Of a stretch of DNA of 64,000 nucleotides, positions 30,297 through 39,063 are shown piece after piece (position 1 is the stretch's first letter; the number at the start of each line of letters is the position of its first letter). Origin of the DNA: Candidatus Amesbacteria bacterium (lineage in GTDB: Bacteria > Patescibacteriota > Microgenomatia > CAZETR01 > Amesbacteraceae); NCBI GenBank assembly GCA_963736875.1, contig CAVTQH010000003.1:1756-65755 (forward strand), read 5' to 3'. The notes under the pieces were generated by a model. The model searched no databases. It had not been told where the DNA came from and saw only the letters and a program-made list of their open reading frames with translations. The position numbers were made by a program, and so were the translations under genes.

Positions 30297-30918
30297 TAAC
30301 CGGTAAAGATTTCAAAATTAATATTTAGAGGAGAAGCTCCGTTTTTTTGCAGAAGTTTGACCATAGGGACAACGAATTGGGGAATACCAATAACGTAAAA
30401 TATATTATTAGCCGGGGGAGGCAAAGAGTTAATAAACGAAAGACGGGGATTATTTCCGGCCAGAAGGTCCAGCTCTTCCTGGAATAGTAAGGGCGGGGAG
30501 TAATTTAACAGGAATTGATAGAGTTGGGATTTTTCCCGGGCGTATTTGAGGATGCTCATAATCGGGGCAATACCCACATCGGAAGTAACGAATACCACGG
30601 GGTTATGGGGGTTGTCGGGCAACGTCATTTGGCCGTCTATATCATCGATATCCACAACAGACCCGATTGGCAGTTGAGCAAGCGATTTTTTAAAAGCACT
30701 CGGACCGGCATGAGTGACCATGGCAGCCAGAGATTGTTGGGTGGGAGTGTTGATAAAACCGAAATAACGGCTGTTCCCCCGGTTGTCGGTAAACGGGGGA
30801 TTGATCAAAGTTAAACGGAAGAATTGACCGGCCCGGAATTCCAAAGGTTGTTCACTGGTAAATTCCACGTATAGGTAATCCGGAGGAAGGGATTTTTTTA
30901 CAGTAATAATTGCTTTCA
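30293..30918 (-). CDS. FNR-like oxidoreductase (FAD/NAD(P)-binding two-domain protein; resembles a sulfhydrogenase-gamma / DHODH electron-transfer subunit lacking Fe-S cysteines).
   Basis: ..FRAGQFFRLTL..SRYFGFINTP.. (FAD-binding barrel), VVFVTSDVGIAPIMSIL (NAD-binding GxGxxP-like). No Cys cluster. Start taken at the internal MKAIITVKK. Confidence 0.55.
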
Positions 30919-30961
30919 TGGCCTCTTGTAATTTTATGTACTCTTCTTTACTATAAATGTA

Positions 30962-31234
30962 ATGGATGATACTAATCAAATCAAAACCATAGAGGATAAA
31001 GAAGTCCAGATCGGCAAGTATAAGATTAAGGTGGTGCGCAGTCTGTGCATCGGCGCGGCATCGTGCGTGGCCGTTTCACCTGCGGTTTTCCAGCTGGACG
31101 GCGAAAGTAAAGCGATCGTGCCGGAAGGAGCTGACGACGCCGCTGAAAATATAATACTTGCTGCCCAGTCCTGTCCCACCAAAGCGATTATTGTCACTGA
31201 TACGGAAACCGGACAGCAGGTTTGGCCGGCTTAA
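30962..31234 (+). CDS. Ferredoxin, single-cluster Pyrococcus type (Cx5C...CP).
   Basis: 90-aa protein with SLCIGAASCVAVSP and a distal SCPTKAI (Cys-Pro). Confidence 0.65.
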   Translation: MDDTNQIKTIEDKEVQIGKYKIKVVRSLCIGAASCVAVSPAVFQLDGESKAIVPEGADDAAENIILAAQSCPTKAIIVTDTETGQQVWPA

Positions 31235-31806
31235 CTTTTACTTCTCAACACTTCTTTTGTCCAATGGTTCAATGATGCTTCTTCCCCGGGAGTCAGTATT
31301 TTTACTGCTTTTCCCCAATGAACTGCCACAACATCTCCGTTTTTTAGACCGGGTAAAAAACCCGGCAAGTAAGCCGGCATTTCTTCCCTTTTTCCGTCTG
31401 CGGAATTTAGTACGGCTGTCAGTTTTTCTTCCATTATTTCCGTTACGTGACCCCATCTGATCATGCAGTCATTAGGATTTACCGGCTCATGCAGGACCTT
31501 GAATAAATGGAACGGTAAAAAATCCGGATTAAAGTTTTTTAAAGCTTCTCCTCCGAGCCAGTATGTCCTAACCACGTCTTCGGAAAACATTCCCCGGTGC
31601 ATTTCCCTGGCCAGAGTTCCCAGGTAGAGCATCATACCTTTATATCTTGATAATACCGTTACTATTCCGTCATATCTGCCTTCGACTACACAATTTTCCA
31701 GCTTATGCCTACCCTCCCGCTCAGAGGAGCAAGCGCCTGCTGACCAGGCGAATCTGGCAGCCAGTTGTAATCCCTCTTTGTCCATATTAATCTTCTCATC
31801 ATACAT
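31231..31806 (-). CDS. Hypothetical protein (191 aa), soluble, with no recognisable motif. Sits between the ferredoxin and hydrogenase genes.
   Basis: Intact ORF with protein-like composition. Its 3' end overlaps the ferredoxin stop and its 5' end overlaps the maturation-protease start. Confidence 0.4.
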   Translation of the reverse strand: MYDEKINMDKEGLQLAARFAWSAGACSSEREGRHKLENCVVEGRYDGIVTVLSRYKGMMLYLGTLAREMHRGMFSEDVVRTYWLGGEALKNFNPDFLPFHLFKVLHEPVNPNDCMIRWGHVTEIMEEKLTAVLNSADGKREEMPAYLPGFLPGLKNGDVVAVHWGKAVKILTPGEEASLNHWTKEVLRSKS

Positions 31807-32197
31807 GACGGTTTATGTTTTCGGGAATCAGGATTGTGATTTGGATAACCGGGTATATAAAACAATAAAGAAATGCCCCGGGATTGTCGATTTTATTCTG
31901 GTCAAACCCAATGAAGACCTGCCGTTTGTCGGGAAAAAACGGGCAGTCATTCTGGATACCATTCAGGGTATCGGAAAGGTGACATTATTTGACCAAACAA
32001 GCCTGGACAAGCTGATAGTCTCCCGCGGTACATCGGCTCATGATTATGACCTGGGATTCCAGCTAAAGTATTTAAAGAAATTGGGGAAAATAAATGAAGT
32101 GATGATCATCGGTATCCCGCAGGAAGGAAGAGTGGATTATTTGCGGATCCAGTCGATTTTGAGAAAGTTGGTAGCGCAGGACATGCAGGGGTCATAG
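31805..32197 (+). CDS. [NiFe]-hydrogenase maturation endopeptidase (HycI/HybD family).
   Basis: MTVYVFGNQDCDLDNRV..AVILDTIQ..SAHDYDLGFQL matches the HycI/HoxW pattern (GxGN..DDG..; D..H catalytic). ATG at 31805. Confidence 0.6.
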   Translation: MTVYVFGNQDCDLDNRVYKTIKKCPGIVDFILVKPNEDLPFVGKKRAVILDTIQGIGKVTLFDQTSLDKLIVSRGTSAHDYDLGFQLKYLKKLGKINEVMIIGIPQEGRVDYLRIQSILRKLVAQDMQGS

Positions 32198-33441
32198 CAG
32201 CGGATTATCTCTTCCGCGGCATGATGAAGCTGCCCTTCATCCTGATCCAGATGTTCGTTGAAATATTTTTTAAGATCGTTTTCGATGGTAATCTGGTTCT
32301 GGGATGTGGGGATAATAACTTCATAGTCAGAAACCATGCCCCGGTCGTTAACTTCGGCCATATGGTAAAGAATTCCCCGGGGAGCTTCGACTACTCCGAT
32401 ACCGTGACCTGCCTGTACCGGTTTTTTAACCGGTTTTTCTTCAGGATTTATTTTGACGGTGGTTAAGATATCGATGGCATCATCGACACAATGCAGGACT
32501 TCGATGGCCTGGGCAAGATTGTTGTGGTAAATATTGTGGGAAGGGAATATTTTCAGATACTCCTTGGCATCGGATCGGGTGCGCGGATGCAGCAGATCCT
32601 GATTAAAATTAATTCTGGCTAAAGATCCGACCAGATAATCTTCGTGGTTGCTTTTGATGGTGTAGCCTTCCGATTGGGAATAGGGGATGACTACTTTTTC
32701 CAAGAATTTGTCAAAGTCCTGCGAGGCAACTACCTGACCTGTGGAAATATGAATTTCCCCGTCTAAAAAGTCAAACCGTTTTTCGTTTCTTAAGTACATA
32801 TAATCCGAATTTCGTATCAAACTTTCTTTCCACCCGGCAAAAGTTTTTATTCCCCGCAGTACCTGGGGTCTAACGGCTTCCAGCCTGGAAATAAGTTCCG
32901 GAAACTTTGCCGGATCAGGATTTTTTAAAAGGCCGCCGACTGTCGGAAGCGGGGCGTGGATGGCGGCACCAATGACGGTATTACTGATATCGGTTCCCAG
33001 CTGTTTAATGTCAAAAGAGTCATGCAGAAGAATGTGGCCGGGGTCACCGGGATCATCCGGGATGTCAAGAATAGAATCGACTCTTAAAATATCAGGGAGG
33101 ACGAAAAAGTAGAGATGTAAAGCGTGATCCCTGATCATCAGGGCGTCATAAGCCAGGCGTCTTAATGTCTTTGTCTGCTCTGATACTTCAATACCCTGGG
33201 ACATTTCCAGAGCTTTTAAAGCGGCAAACATGTGGGCTACGGAGCAGGTACCGCAAATCCGGGAGAGAAAAGAGGGGACGGAAACGATGGGTTTACCCTT
33301 GACGGCATCGGTATAAAAACGCCGATAGTCCTGAATGATAAATTTGAGGTCTTTGACGGTGTCGTTTTCGATGACAACTTTCAGACCGGCCGAACCTTCA
33401 ATTTTTGTAATATTATCGATGGTAATTTCACCCTGGTGCAT
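32137..33441 (-). CDS. [NiFe]-hydrogenase large subunit (group 3-like).
   Basis: N-terminal RICGTCSVAH (RxCGxCxxxH) and C-terminal DPCMSCATN (DPCxxC motif), followed by a short extension FLKIDWIRK. 434 aa. Confidence 0.85.
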   Translation of the reverse strand: MHQGEITIDNITKIEGSAGLKVVIENDTVKDLKFIIQDYRRFYTDAVKGKPIVSVPSFLSRICGTCSVAHMFAALKALEMSQGIEVSEQTKTLRRLAYDALMIRDHALHLYFFVLPDILRVDSILDIPDDPGDPGHILLHDSFDIKQLGTDISNTVIGAAIHAPLPTVGGLLKNPDPAKFPELISRLEAVRPQVLRGIKTFAGWKESLIRNSDYMYLRNEKRFDFLDGEIHISTGQVVASQDFDKFLEKVVIPYSQSEGYTIKSNHEDYLVGSLARINFNQDLLHPRTRSDAKEYLKIFPSHNIYHNNLAQAIEVLHCVDDAIDILTTVKINPEEKPVKKPVQAGHGIGVVEAPRGILYHMAEVNDRGMVSDYEVIIPTSQNQITIENDLKKYFNEHLDQDEGQLHHAAEEIIRCYDPCMSCATNFLKIDWIRK

Positions 33442-33447
33442 GGTTGG

Positions 33448-33939
33448 TTATGGGTTACCAATATTAAATAATTTTAAATATTTATTCAGGATTTCGAGAA
33501 AAGCGGGGACATTCATGGGGCAGCCGCTTACCTCGTCATCTATTTTGATAACCTCGGACAGTTTCTGGACTTTCTTATTGTAATCAAAAGTGCTCATGTA
33601 ACAGCGGATTTTTTCCGTAATCATCTCGTCGGTGAAGGAATTTCTGGTGGCTGAAGGCAGTCCGGTACAGGCGCAGGCACCGATGGCGACCACATATTTG
33701 GCATTAGCCCGGATATTTTTTACTTCCCCGGCCTGTTTTTCGGAGGAAACGGCGCCTTCGATAAAAGCCACGTCCAAATCTTTGATTTCATTTTTGGTTT
33801 TTAGAGCCCTGAGATACCGGAATTCCACTATCTTTTTCCATTCATCCAAATGCTTGTTCAGAAGCTCGGTGAAGAGGATGGTACTGTCTTCGCAGCAGGT
33901 AAAAGAAAACCAGCCGACGATCAGTTTTTTGGGACTCAT
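33448..33939 (-). CDS. [NiFe]-hydrogenase small subunit (group 3 delta-like).
   Basis: KKLIVGWFSFTCCEDS (proximal-cluster Cys), ..AIGACACTG.., ..GCPMN. Start taken at MSPKKL. Confidence 0.75.
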   Translation of the reverse strand: MSPKKLIVGWFSFTCCEDSTILFTELLNKHLDEWKKIVEFRYLRALKTKNEIKDLDVAFIEGAVSSEKQAGEVKNIRANAKYVVAIGACACTGLPSATRNSFTDEMITEKIRCYMSTFDYNKKVQKLSEVIKIDDEVSGCPMNVPAFLEILNKYLKLFNIGNP

Positions 33940-33969
33940 TATAGTATTATAACCAATATTGAGATTTCT

Positions 33970-34686
33970 ATGATACAAGTAACCGACCTGCAAGTCACCG
34001 TAAAGAATAAAGAGATTCTTAAAAAGGTGAATTTAAACGTAAATAAGGGCGAGATAGCAGTAATTTTCGGTCCGAACGGCAGCGGTAAAACCACTTTGTT
34101 AAACGCCATTATGGGACTTGCCAAATACCGGGTAAAAAGCGGCCGGATTGAATTTAAGGATAAGTTGATAAACAGCTGGCCGATTGAAAGGAGAGCCAAA
34201 GCCGGCATTGGCCTTCTCTGGCAAAAGCCGCCGAAGGTAATCGGAGTAACGATGGCCGCGATCGTGAAAGCAATCGACGGGAAGAAACAAAACCTGAAAG
34301 CGGCAGAAGAAATGAAGACGGATAAGTTTTTAAACCGGGGAGTGAATGACGATCTGTCGGGGGGTGAGTTGAAAAGGTCGGAACTGGCCCAGCTTCTCGT
34401 TCAAGACCCCCAACTGCTTCTTCTGGATGAACCGGATTCAGGAGTGGATCCGGAAAACAGTAAATTAATTGCCGAAGCAGTTGAAAGCTGGAGAAAACGC
34501 GGAAAATCGATCCTTCTGGTTACCCACAGCGGGAATCTGCTGAAATACCTGTTGGCTAAAAGAGCGTATGTAATGCTGGACGGCCAAATCCGTTGCCAGG
34601 GAAAGCCGGGGGAAATGCTTAAAGCAATTACAAAATGCGGTTATGAAGGTTGTATTGATTGTATAAGGAGAAGAAAAAATGATTGA
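33970..34686 (+). CDS. sufC: Fe-S cluster assembly ATPase SufC.
   Basis: Walker A GPNGSGKTTL, LSGGELKRSELAQL signature, LLLLDEPDSGVD Walker B. Start at MIQVTDLQV (33970). Confidence 0.85.
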   Translation: MIQVTDLQVTVKNKEILKKVNLNVNKGEIAVIFGPNGSGKTTLLNAIMGLAKYRVKSGRIEFKDKLINSWPIERRAKAGIGLLWQKPPKVIGVTMAAIVKAIDGKKQNLKAAEEMKTDKFLNRGVNDDLSGGELKRSELAQLLVQDPQLLLLDEPDSGVDPENSKLIAEAVESWRKRGKSILLVTHSGNLLKYLLAKRAYVMLDGQIRCQGKPGEMLKAITKCGYEGCIDCIRRRKND

Positions 34687-35770
34687 CGAAATAAAAAATC
34701 TGGATGCAAATAAACTGAAGGCCGTGGGAATAGAGACGAATCCGGACAGGATTAACGGAACGGTGTTGATAAATAATAAAAACCCCTATTGTGATTTTTC
34801 CCGGCAGTCCGGGGTAACGGTTTTAAATATTAAACAGGCGCTGAAAAAATACGGGGGTTTAAAAGAATATTTCTGGAAGGCAGTAGATCCCCATAAGGAT
34901 GAATTTACAGAGGCTGCTTTTGACGATCTGCACGAAGGTTACTTTGTCCGGTCGGAGAAGGGGATCAAATCGGTCAAACCCGTGCAAACCTGTCTGTATA
35001 TCAGCAGGAACGGTTTCCGGCAGAATATTCACAACATTATTGTTGCGGAAGAAGGATCAACGCTGTCCGTAGTTACCGGATGTCTGACCGGCGGAAAAGT
35101 TAAAGGAGCCAGACATATAGGTGTAACCGAGATATATGTAAAAAAGAAGGCGAAAGTGGTTTTTACCATGGTGCATAACTGGGATGAATCGGCAATGGTC
35201 CGTCCGAGAACCGCTATCAAAGTTGAGGAGGGCGGCCGGTTTACGTCCAACTATATTTGTCTTAATCCTGTGGGTGATATCCAGATGAGCCCGGTGTGTG
35301 AGCTAAACGGGAATTTAAGCTGGGGCGATTTTAACAGTTATATTTATGCATATCCGGGAAGCCGTCTGGATATCGGCGGGAAATTAGTATTAAACGGGGA
35401 AGGCAGCCGCGGGGAGATAACTTACAGATCGGTAAATAACCAAGGTCTCATTTACAACCGGGGGACTCTGGTGGGAGCCGGCCGGGGAATAAAAGCGCAT
35501 ATGGATTGCCGGGGACTGATCATGAAACAGGGAGGGACGACTCTGGCCATTCCGGAACTGGAAGCCAGGACGGCGGATGTGGATATGACTCATGAAGCAT
35601 CAATCGGCCGGGTGGCCGAAGAACAGATTGAATATCTGAAATCCCGGGGGATGAATGAAGAAACGGCTTTGGAGCTGATTGTTAAGGGCTTTTTGGATAC
35701 CGGAAGTGCGAATATCCCGGAGTCGGTTTCAAAGCAGATTTCCCGGATTAAGATAAAAGGCGGGCATTAA
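34679..35770 (+). CDS. Fe-S cluster assembly protein SufB/SufD family.
   Basis: 363-aa protein with the beta-helix core typical of SufBD (..NYICLNPVGDI..GRGEITYRSVNNQG..). Start overlaps the sufC stop. Confidence 0.7.
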   Translation: MIDEIKNLDANKLKAVGIETNPDRINGTVLINNKNPYCDFSRQSGVTVLNIKQALKKYGGLKEYFWKAVDPHKDEFTEAAFDDLHEGYFVRSEKGIKSVKPVQTCLYISRNGFRQNIHNIIVAEEGSTLSVVTGCLTGGKVKGARHIGVTEIYVKKKAKVVFTMVHNWDESAMVRPRTAIKVEEGGRFTSNYICLNPVGDIQMSPVCELNGNLSWGDFNSYIYAYPGSRLDIGGKLVLNGEGSRGEITYRSVNNQGLIYNRGTLVGAGRGIKAHMDCRGLIMKQGGTTLAIPELEARTADVDMTHEASIGRVAEEQIEYLKSRGMNEETALELIVKGFLDTGSANIPESVSKQISRIKIKGGH

Positions 35771-35960
35771 TTTCCCTGATCATTTTGGCAATTTCACGAT
35801 CAGTCATACCGTGAATTTGGGCTCCTGTTTCAACCGTTTCGTATGCCCGCATGAAACAGCCGGCACACGACAGTCCGTATTCGGTAAGAAGTTCAATTGC
35901 CTGCGGGCATTTTTCGGCGACAAGTCCCAAATTGGAATTTTTGGTCAGTTTGTATGACAA
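35748..35960 (-). CDS. DUF1858-domain small protein (hybrid-cluster-protein-associated redox disulfide type).
   Basis: 70-aa protein with ..YGLSCAGCFMRAYETVE.. Confidence 0.55.
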   Translation of the reverse strand: MSYKLTKNSNLGLVAEKCPQAIELLTEYGLSCAGCFMRAYETVETGAQIHGMTDREIAKMIREINARLLS

Positions 35961-36027
35961 TGCCGTTCAGTTTACCTATTTTAGACCTTTAACTCAAGCC
36001 GACCGGCAGCCGCGGTATAATTTGGAG

Positions 36028-36999
36028 ATGGAGTCAAGGCAGGTTAAATGGAAATCAGGAGAGAAACGGCTTCCGGGCGGGGCCAGGAAACTGTTGGCCG
36101 GGGTTTTCTTACTGACCGGTCTGGTAAGCCTTCTAATGTGGTGGAGGGGTAAACTGATTCATCAGGGAGTAAACATGCCGGTGAAATTCGGGGAAATTAC
36201 TTATGTGGCGGAACCCACCAAAGCAGTCACGGTAAACAGTAATATTAAAAAAGAAGAAATGCTGGTGAGTCAGCTGAAAAAAATGGCGGCGACGATGTCG
36301 GGGCAATATGCGGTGTACGTCTATCATCCGGATGACGGGACCGGATACGGATTCGGGCAGGATGAAAAAATGCCGGCGGCATCAATTATGAAATTACCCG
36401 TACTGATTACCGTGAATAATTTGGTCAAAAGCGGGGAGATGAAATTGGATGATGTGTATACTCTGGAGGAAGCCGACAGAAACCCGGGGTCCGGGCCGCT
36501 CCAATATAAACTGGCAGGGACAAAATACACGATTGAGGAGCTTTTAGGTTACCTGGGGAAAAACTCCGATAACACAGCCTGGGTGATGTTTAACCGGCGG
36601 CTGGGAATGAAAACGATGGAGGCAGAAGTGACAAAGCTGGGGATGACAAACAGCTCATATAAAGATATAACGGTGACGGCGAAAGACACGGCCAAAATGT
36701 GGAAATACATCTATAAAGAAACCGGACTTTATGAATATCTAAAAGACAGCATCTATGAGGACCGAATACCAAAAGGGGTGCCTGAGGCGGCGGAGGTAAT
36801 TCATAAAGTCGGGACGGACACCGGAGTGTGGGCGGATTCGGGAATAGTCAAATGCCGAATCGGGAATAATGAATGCAAAAATAAACCGTTTGTGCTGGTG
36901 ATTTTGAACAACGGGGTTAAAAGGGATGAAGCTGCGGGTTTGGTGCCGGAAATTACCAGACTGATTTGGAATTTTGAAAGCGGTATGATCAAAACATGA
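36028..36999 (+). CDS. Class A beta-lactamase-fold serine hydrolase (penicillin-binding / beta-lactamase-like), membrane-anchored.
   Basis: N-terminal TM anchor, AASIMKLP (SxxK), GKNSDNTA (SDN) and HKVGTDTG (KTG-like) motifs. Start at MESRQ (36028) avoids overlap with the minus-strand gene. Confidence 0.6.
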   Translation: MESRQVKWKSGEKRLPGGARKLLAGVFLLTGLVSLLMWWRGKLIHQGVNMPVKFGEITYVAEPTKAVTVNSNIKKEEMLVSQLKKMAATMSGQYAVYVYHPDDGTGYGFGQDEKMPAASIMKLPVLITVNNLVKSGEMKLDDVYTLEEADRNPGSGPLQYKLAGTKYTIEELLGYLGKNSDNTAWVMFNRRLGMKTMEAEVTKLGMTNSSYKDITVTAKDTAKMWKYIYKETGLYEYLKDSIYEDRIPKGVPEAAEVIHKVGTDTGVWADSGIVKCRIGNNECKNKPFVLVILNNGVKRDEAAGLVPEITRLIWNFESGMIKT

Positions 37000-38279
37000 A
37001 GATTGCACATTTTACCGACGCCTTTCCGCCCAATGTAAACGGGGTGGCGGTGGTGGTTGAAGTTTTTGCCAGAAAACTGTCCCAGGGGCATCAGGTGGAA
37101 GTGTATGCTCCGGCTTATACGGGAAGAGGCGGTGTGGAAAAAATCGGGAATCTGACAATCCGCAGGTACCGGTCGGTAGCCCTACCGACTTATAAAGATT
37201 TTCGGCTGGCGATGCCCAGTGTGACCGGTGTGGCTGAAAGTTTTGAAGCTTTTGATCCGGATGTGGTGCACTTTCATACACCCGGACCTTTGGGAATGCT
37301 GGGAATACTTTTATCCAAGTCCCGGAAGAAACCTCTGGTGGGTACGTATCACACCCTGCTTTCGGAAACATTGATTTATGCCTCGCCCAAAAAACTTCTG
37401 GAGAAATATTTACCGGCAATTGACAAGGCCGCCTCGGGTCTCGGGGTGGATCTGAAACTGTTGGGGAACGGGGAAAATAAAAACGGCGGGGAGCAAACAC
37501 TGCCGCAAAAGATGGTATGGGGGCTGGCTAACAGGATATACGGGTATGCGGATGTTACGCTATGCCCGTCCCAGGCGATTAAAAGAGAAGTATTAGCCCG
37601 CGGGATGAAAGGGAGAGTGGGAGTGCTTTCAAACGGGATAGAACTTCCCAAGTTCCCGGCAAAAACAGAGTATAAAAACCGGCAGCGGATATTACATGCG
37701 GGACGGCTGGGATTTGAAAAGAACATCGGAGTGGTGATAAAAGCCTTTGCCCGGGTAGGGCAAAAATTCCCGGATGCCAGGCTGACGATTGCCGGGGACG
37801 GGCCGGCAAGAACGGAACTGGAAAAAGTTGCCGGAGATCTGGTAGTTGAGGATAAAGTGCATTTTTTGGGCATGGTGAAGCGGGAAAAGCTGGCGGAGAT
37901 TTACCGGGAGCATGACATGTTTGTTACGGCGTCTGCCATGGAGACCCAGGGCCTGGTGGTATTGGAGGCGATGGCCTCAGGATTACCGGTGGTGGCGGTG
38001 AATAAATATGCACTGCCCGACCTGGTAAAAAACCGGCGGAACGGATTTTTGGTCGGAGTGGGTGATGACAGGGGAATGGCCGGGACAATTATGAAATTAA
38101 TCAGTGACGGGGTACTGGCGGAAAAAATGGGGAGAGAGGCCAGAAGAATGACCGCAGAACATGATCTGGATATAACAATTAAAAAACTGGAAGAAATTTA
38201 TAAACGGCTGCCGGTATGTAAGGAAGGGGGATGGTGGCAAAGAATGAAATCCCGGCTGGGCTTCAGCGGATGGGTTTAA
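36996..38279 (+). CDS. Family 4 glycosyltransferase (GT4).
   Basis: MKIAHFTDAFPPNVNGVA.. N-terminus and a C-terminal E..E GT4 donor-binding region (..LEAMASGLPVVA..). Confidence 0.75.
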   Translation: MKIAHFTDAFPPNVNGVAVVVEVFARKLSQGHQVEVYAPAYTGRGGVEKIGNLTIRRYRSVALPTYKDFRLAMPSVTGVAESFEAFDPDVVHFHTPGPLGMLGILLSKSRKKPLVGTYHTLLSETLIYASPKKLLEKYLPAIDKAASGLGVDLKLLGNGENKNGGEQTLPQKMVWGLANRIYGYADVTLCPSQAIKREVLARGMKGRVGVLSNGIELPKFPAKTEYKNRQRILHAGRLGFEKNIGVVIKAFARVGQKFPDARLTIAGDGPARTELEKVAGDLVVEDKVHFLGMVKREKLAEIYREHDMFVTASAMETQGLVVLEAMASGLPVVAVNKYALPDLVKNRRNGFLVGVGDDRGMAGTIMKLISDGVLAEKMGREARRMTAEHDLDITIKKLEEIYKRLPVCKEGGWWQRMKSRLGFSGWV

Positions 38280-38964
38280 AATCGGAGCTGGCAGTTCCGG
38301 TCAGTTTGTAACGGATATTGTTGAAGAAATGGTGGATAAAGAAACTTAATTTTTGAGCTTTCAGCCTGCGGTTGGAGGTGTATACCAGGATTCCGGGATG
38401 ATAGACGATTTTTCCCTGGGATCTGATGCGGTAGCCGACGTCGATATCTTCGGCAGTAGGCAGCCGGGGATTATAACCTCCGATTTTTTCATAAGCGGTC
38501 CGGCGAACAGCGAAGTTCATGCCGGGTGTCTGGTCATTTTTGAAGAGCCGATTTAACCGGTTATAGAAATCACCCAGCCGGCTTAATGTTACTGACAACC
38601 AGTCTTTTTCCATAAAGTAAGTGGGCCCATAAGCACAAACCACCTCAGGGTCTTTGAAGCATTCGGCGATAGATTCCAGCCAGCGCGTGTCGGGAGCGGA
38701 ATCAGCGTCAGTCGAGGCGATGATATCGCCGCGTGCGGCCGCAAAACCTTCCTTTCTGGCCTGCGAAATTCCCGGCAGTTTCTGGGTAATTACCCGCCAG
38801 CCGGCTTCCCGGCAGAGTTTGGGAGTGGAATCCGTGCTTTTATCAATGGCGATAATTTCAAAATCCTTAAAGACCTGGTTTTTTAAAGATTCAATGCAGG
38901 GACGGATATATTTTTCCTCATTGAAAGTAGGTACAACGACGGATATTAAAGGTTTTGAATTCAT
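38263..38964 (-). CDS. Family 2 glycosyltransferase (GT2; dolichyl/polyprenyl-phosphate sugar synthase-like).
   Basis: ISVVVPTFNEEKYI and ..IIASTDADS.. (DxD) motifs. Confidence 0.75.
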   Translation of the reverse strand: MNSKPLISVVVPTFNEEKYIRPCIESLKNQVFKDFEIIAIDKSTDSTPKLCREAGWRVITQKLPGISQARKEGFAAARGDIIASTDADSAPDTRWLESIAECFKDPEVVCAYGPTYFMEKDWLSVTLSRLGDFYNRLNRLFKNDQTPGMNFAVRRTAYEKIGGYNPRLPTAEDIDVGYRIRSQGKIVYHPGILVYTSNRRLKAQKLSFFIHHFFNNIRYKLTGTASSDFKPIR

Positions 38965-39063
38965 AGAAGAGGTCTTCCGGAAATCTTAACAGCAATAATT
39001 ATAGTGACTAAAAGTGAAAGAAATACAATCAGAATTAAAGTGTTTTTAAAGTTGGGATTTTTT

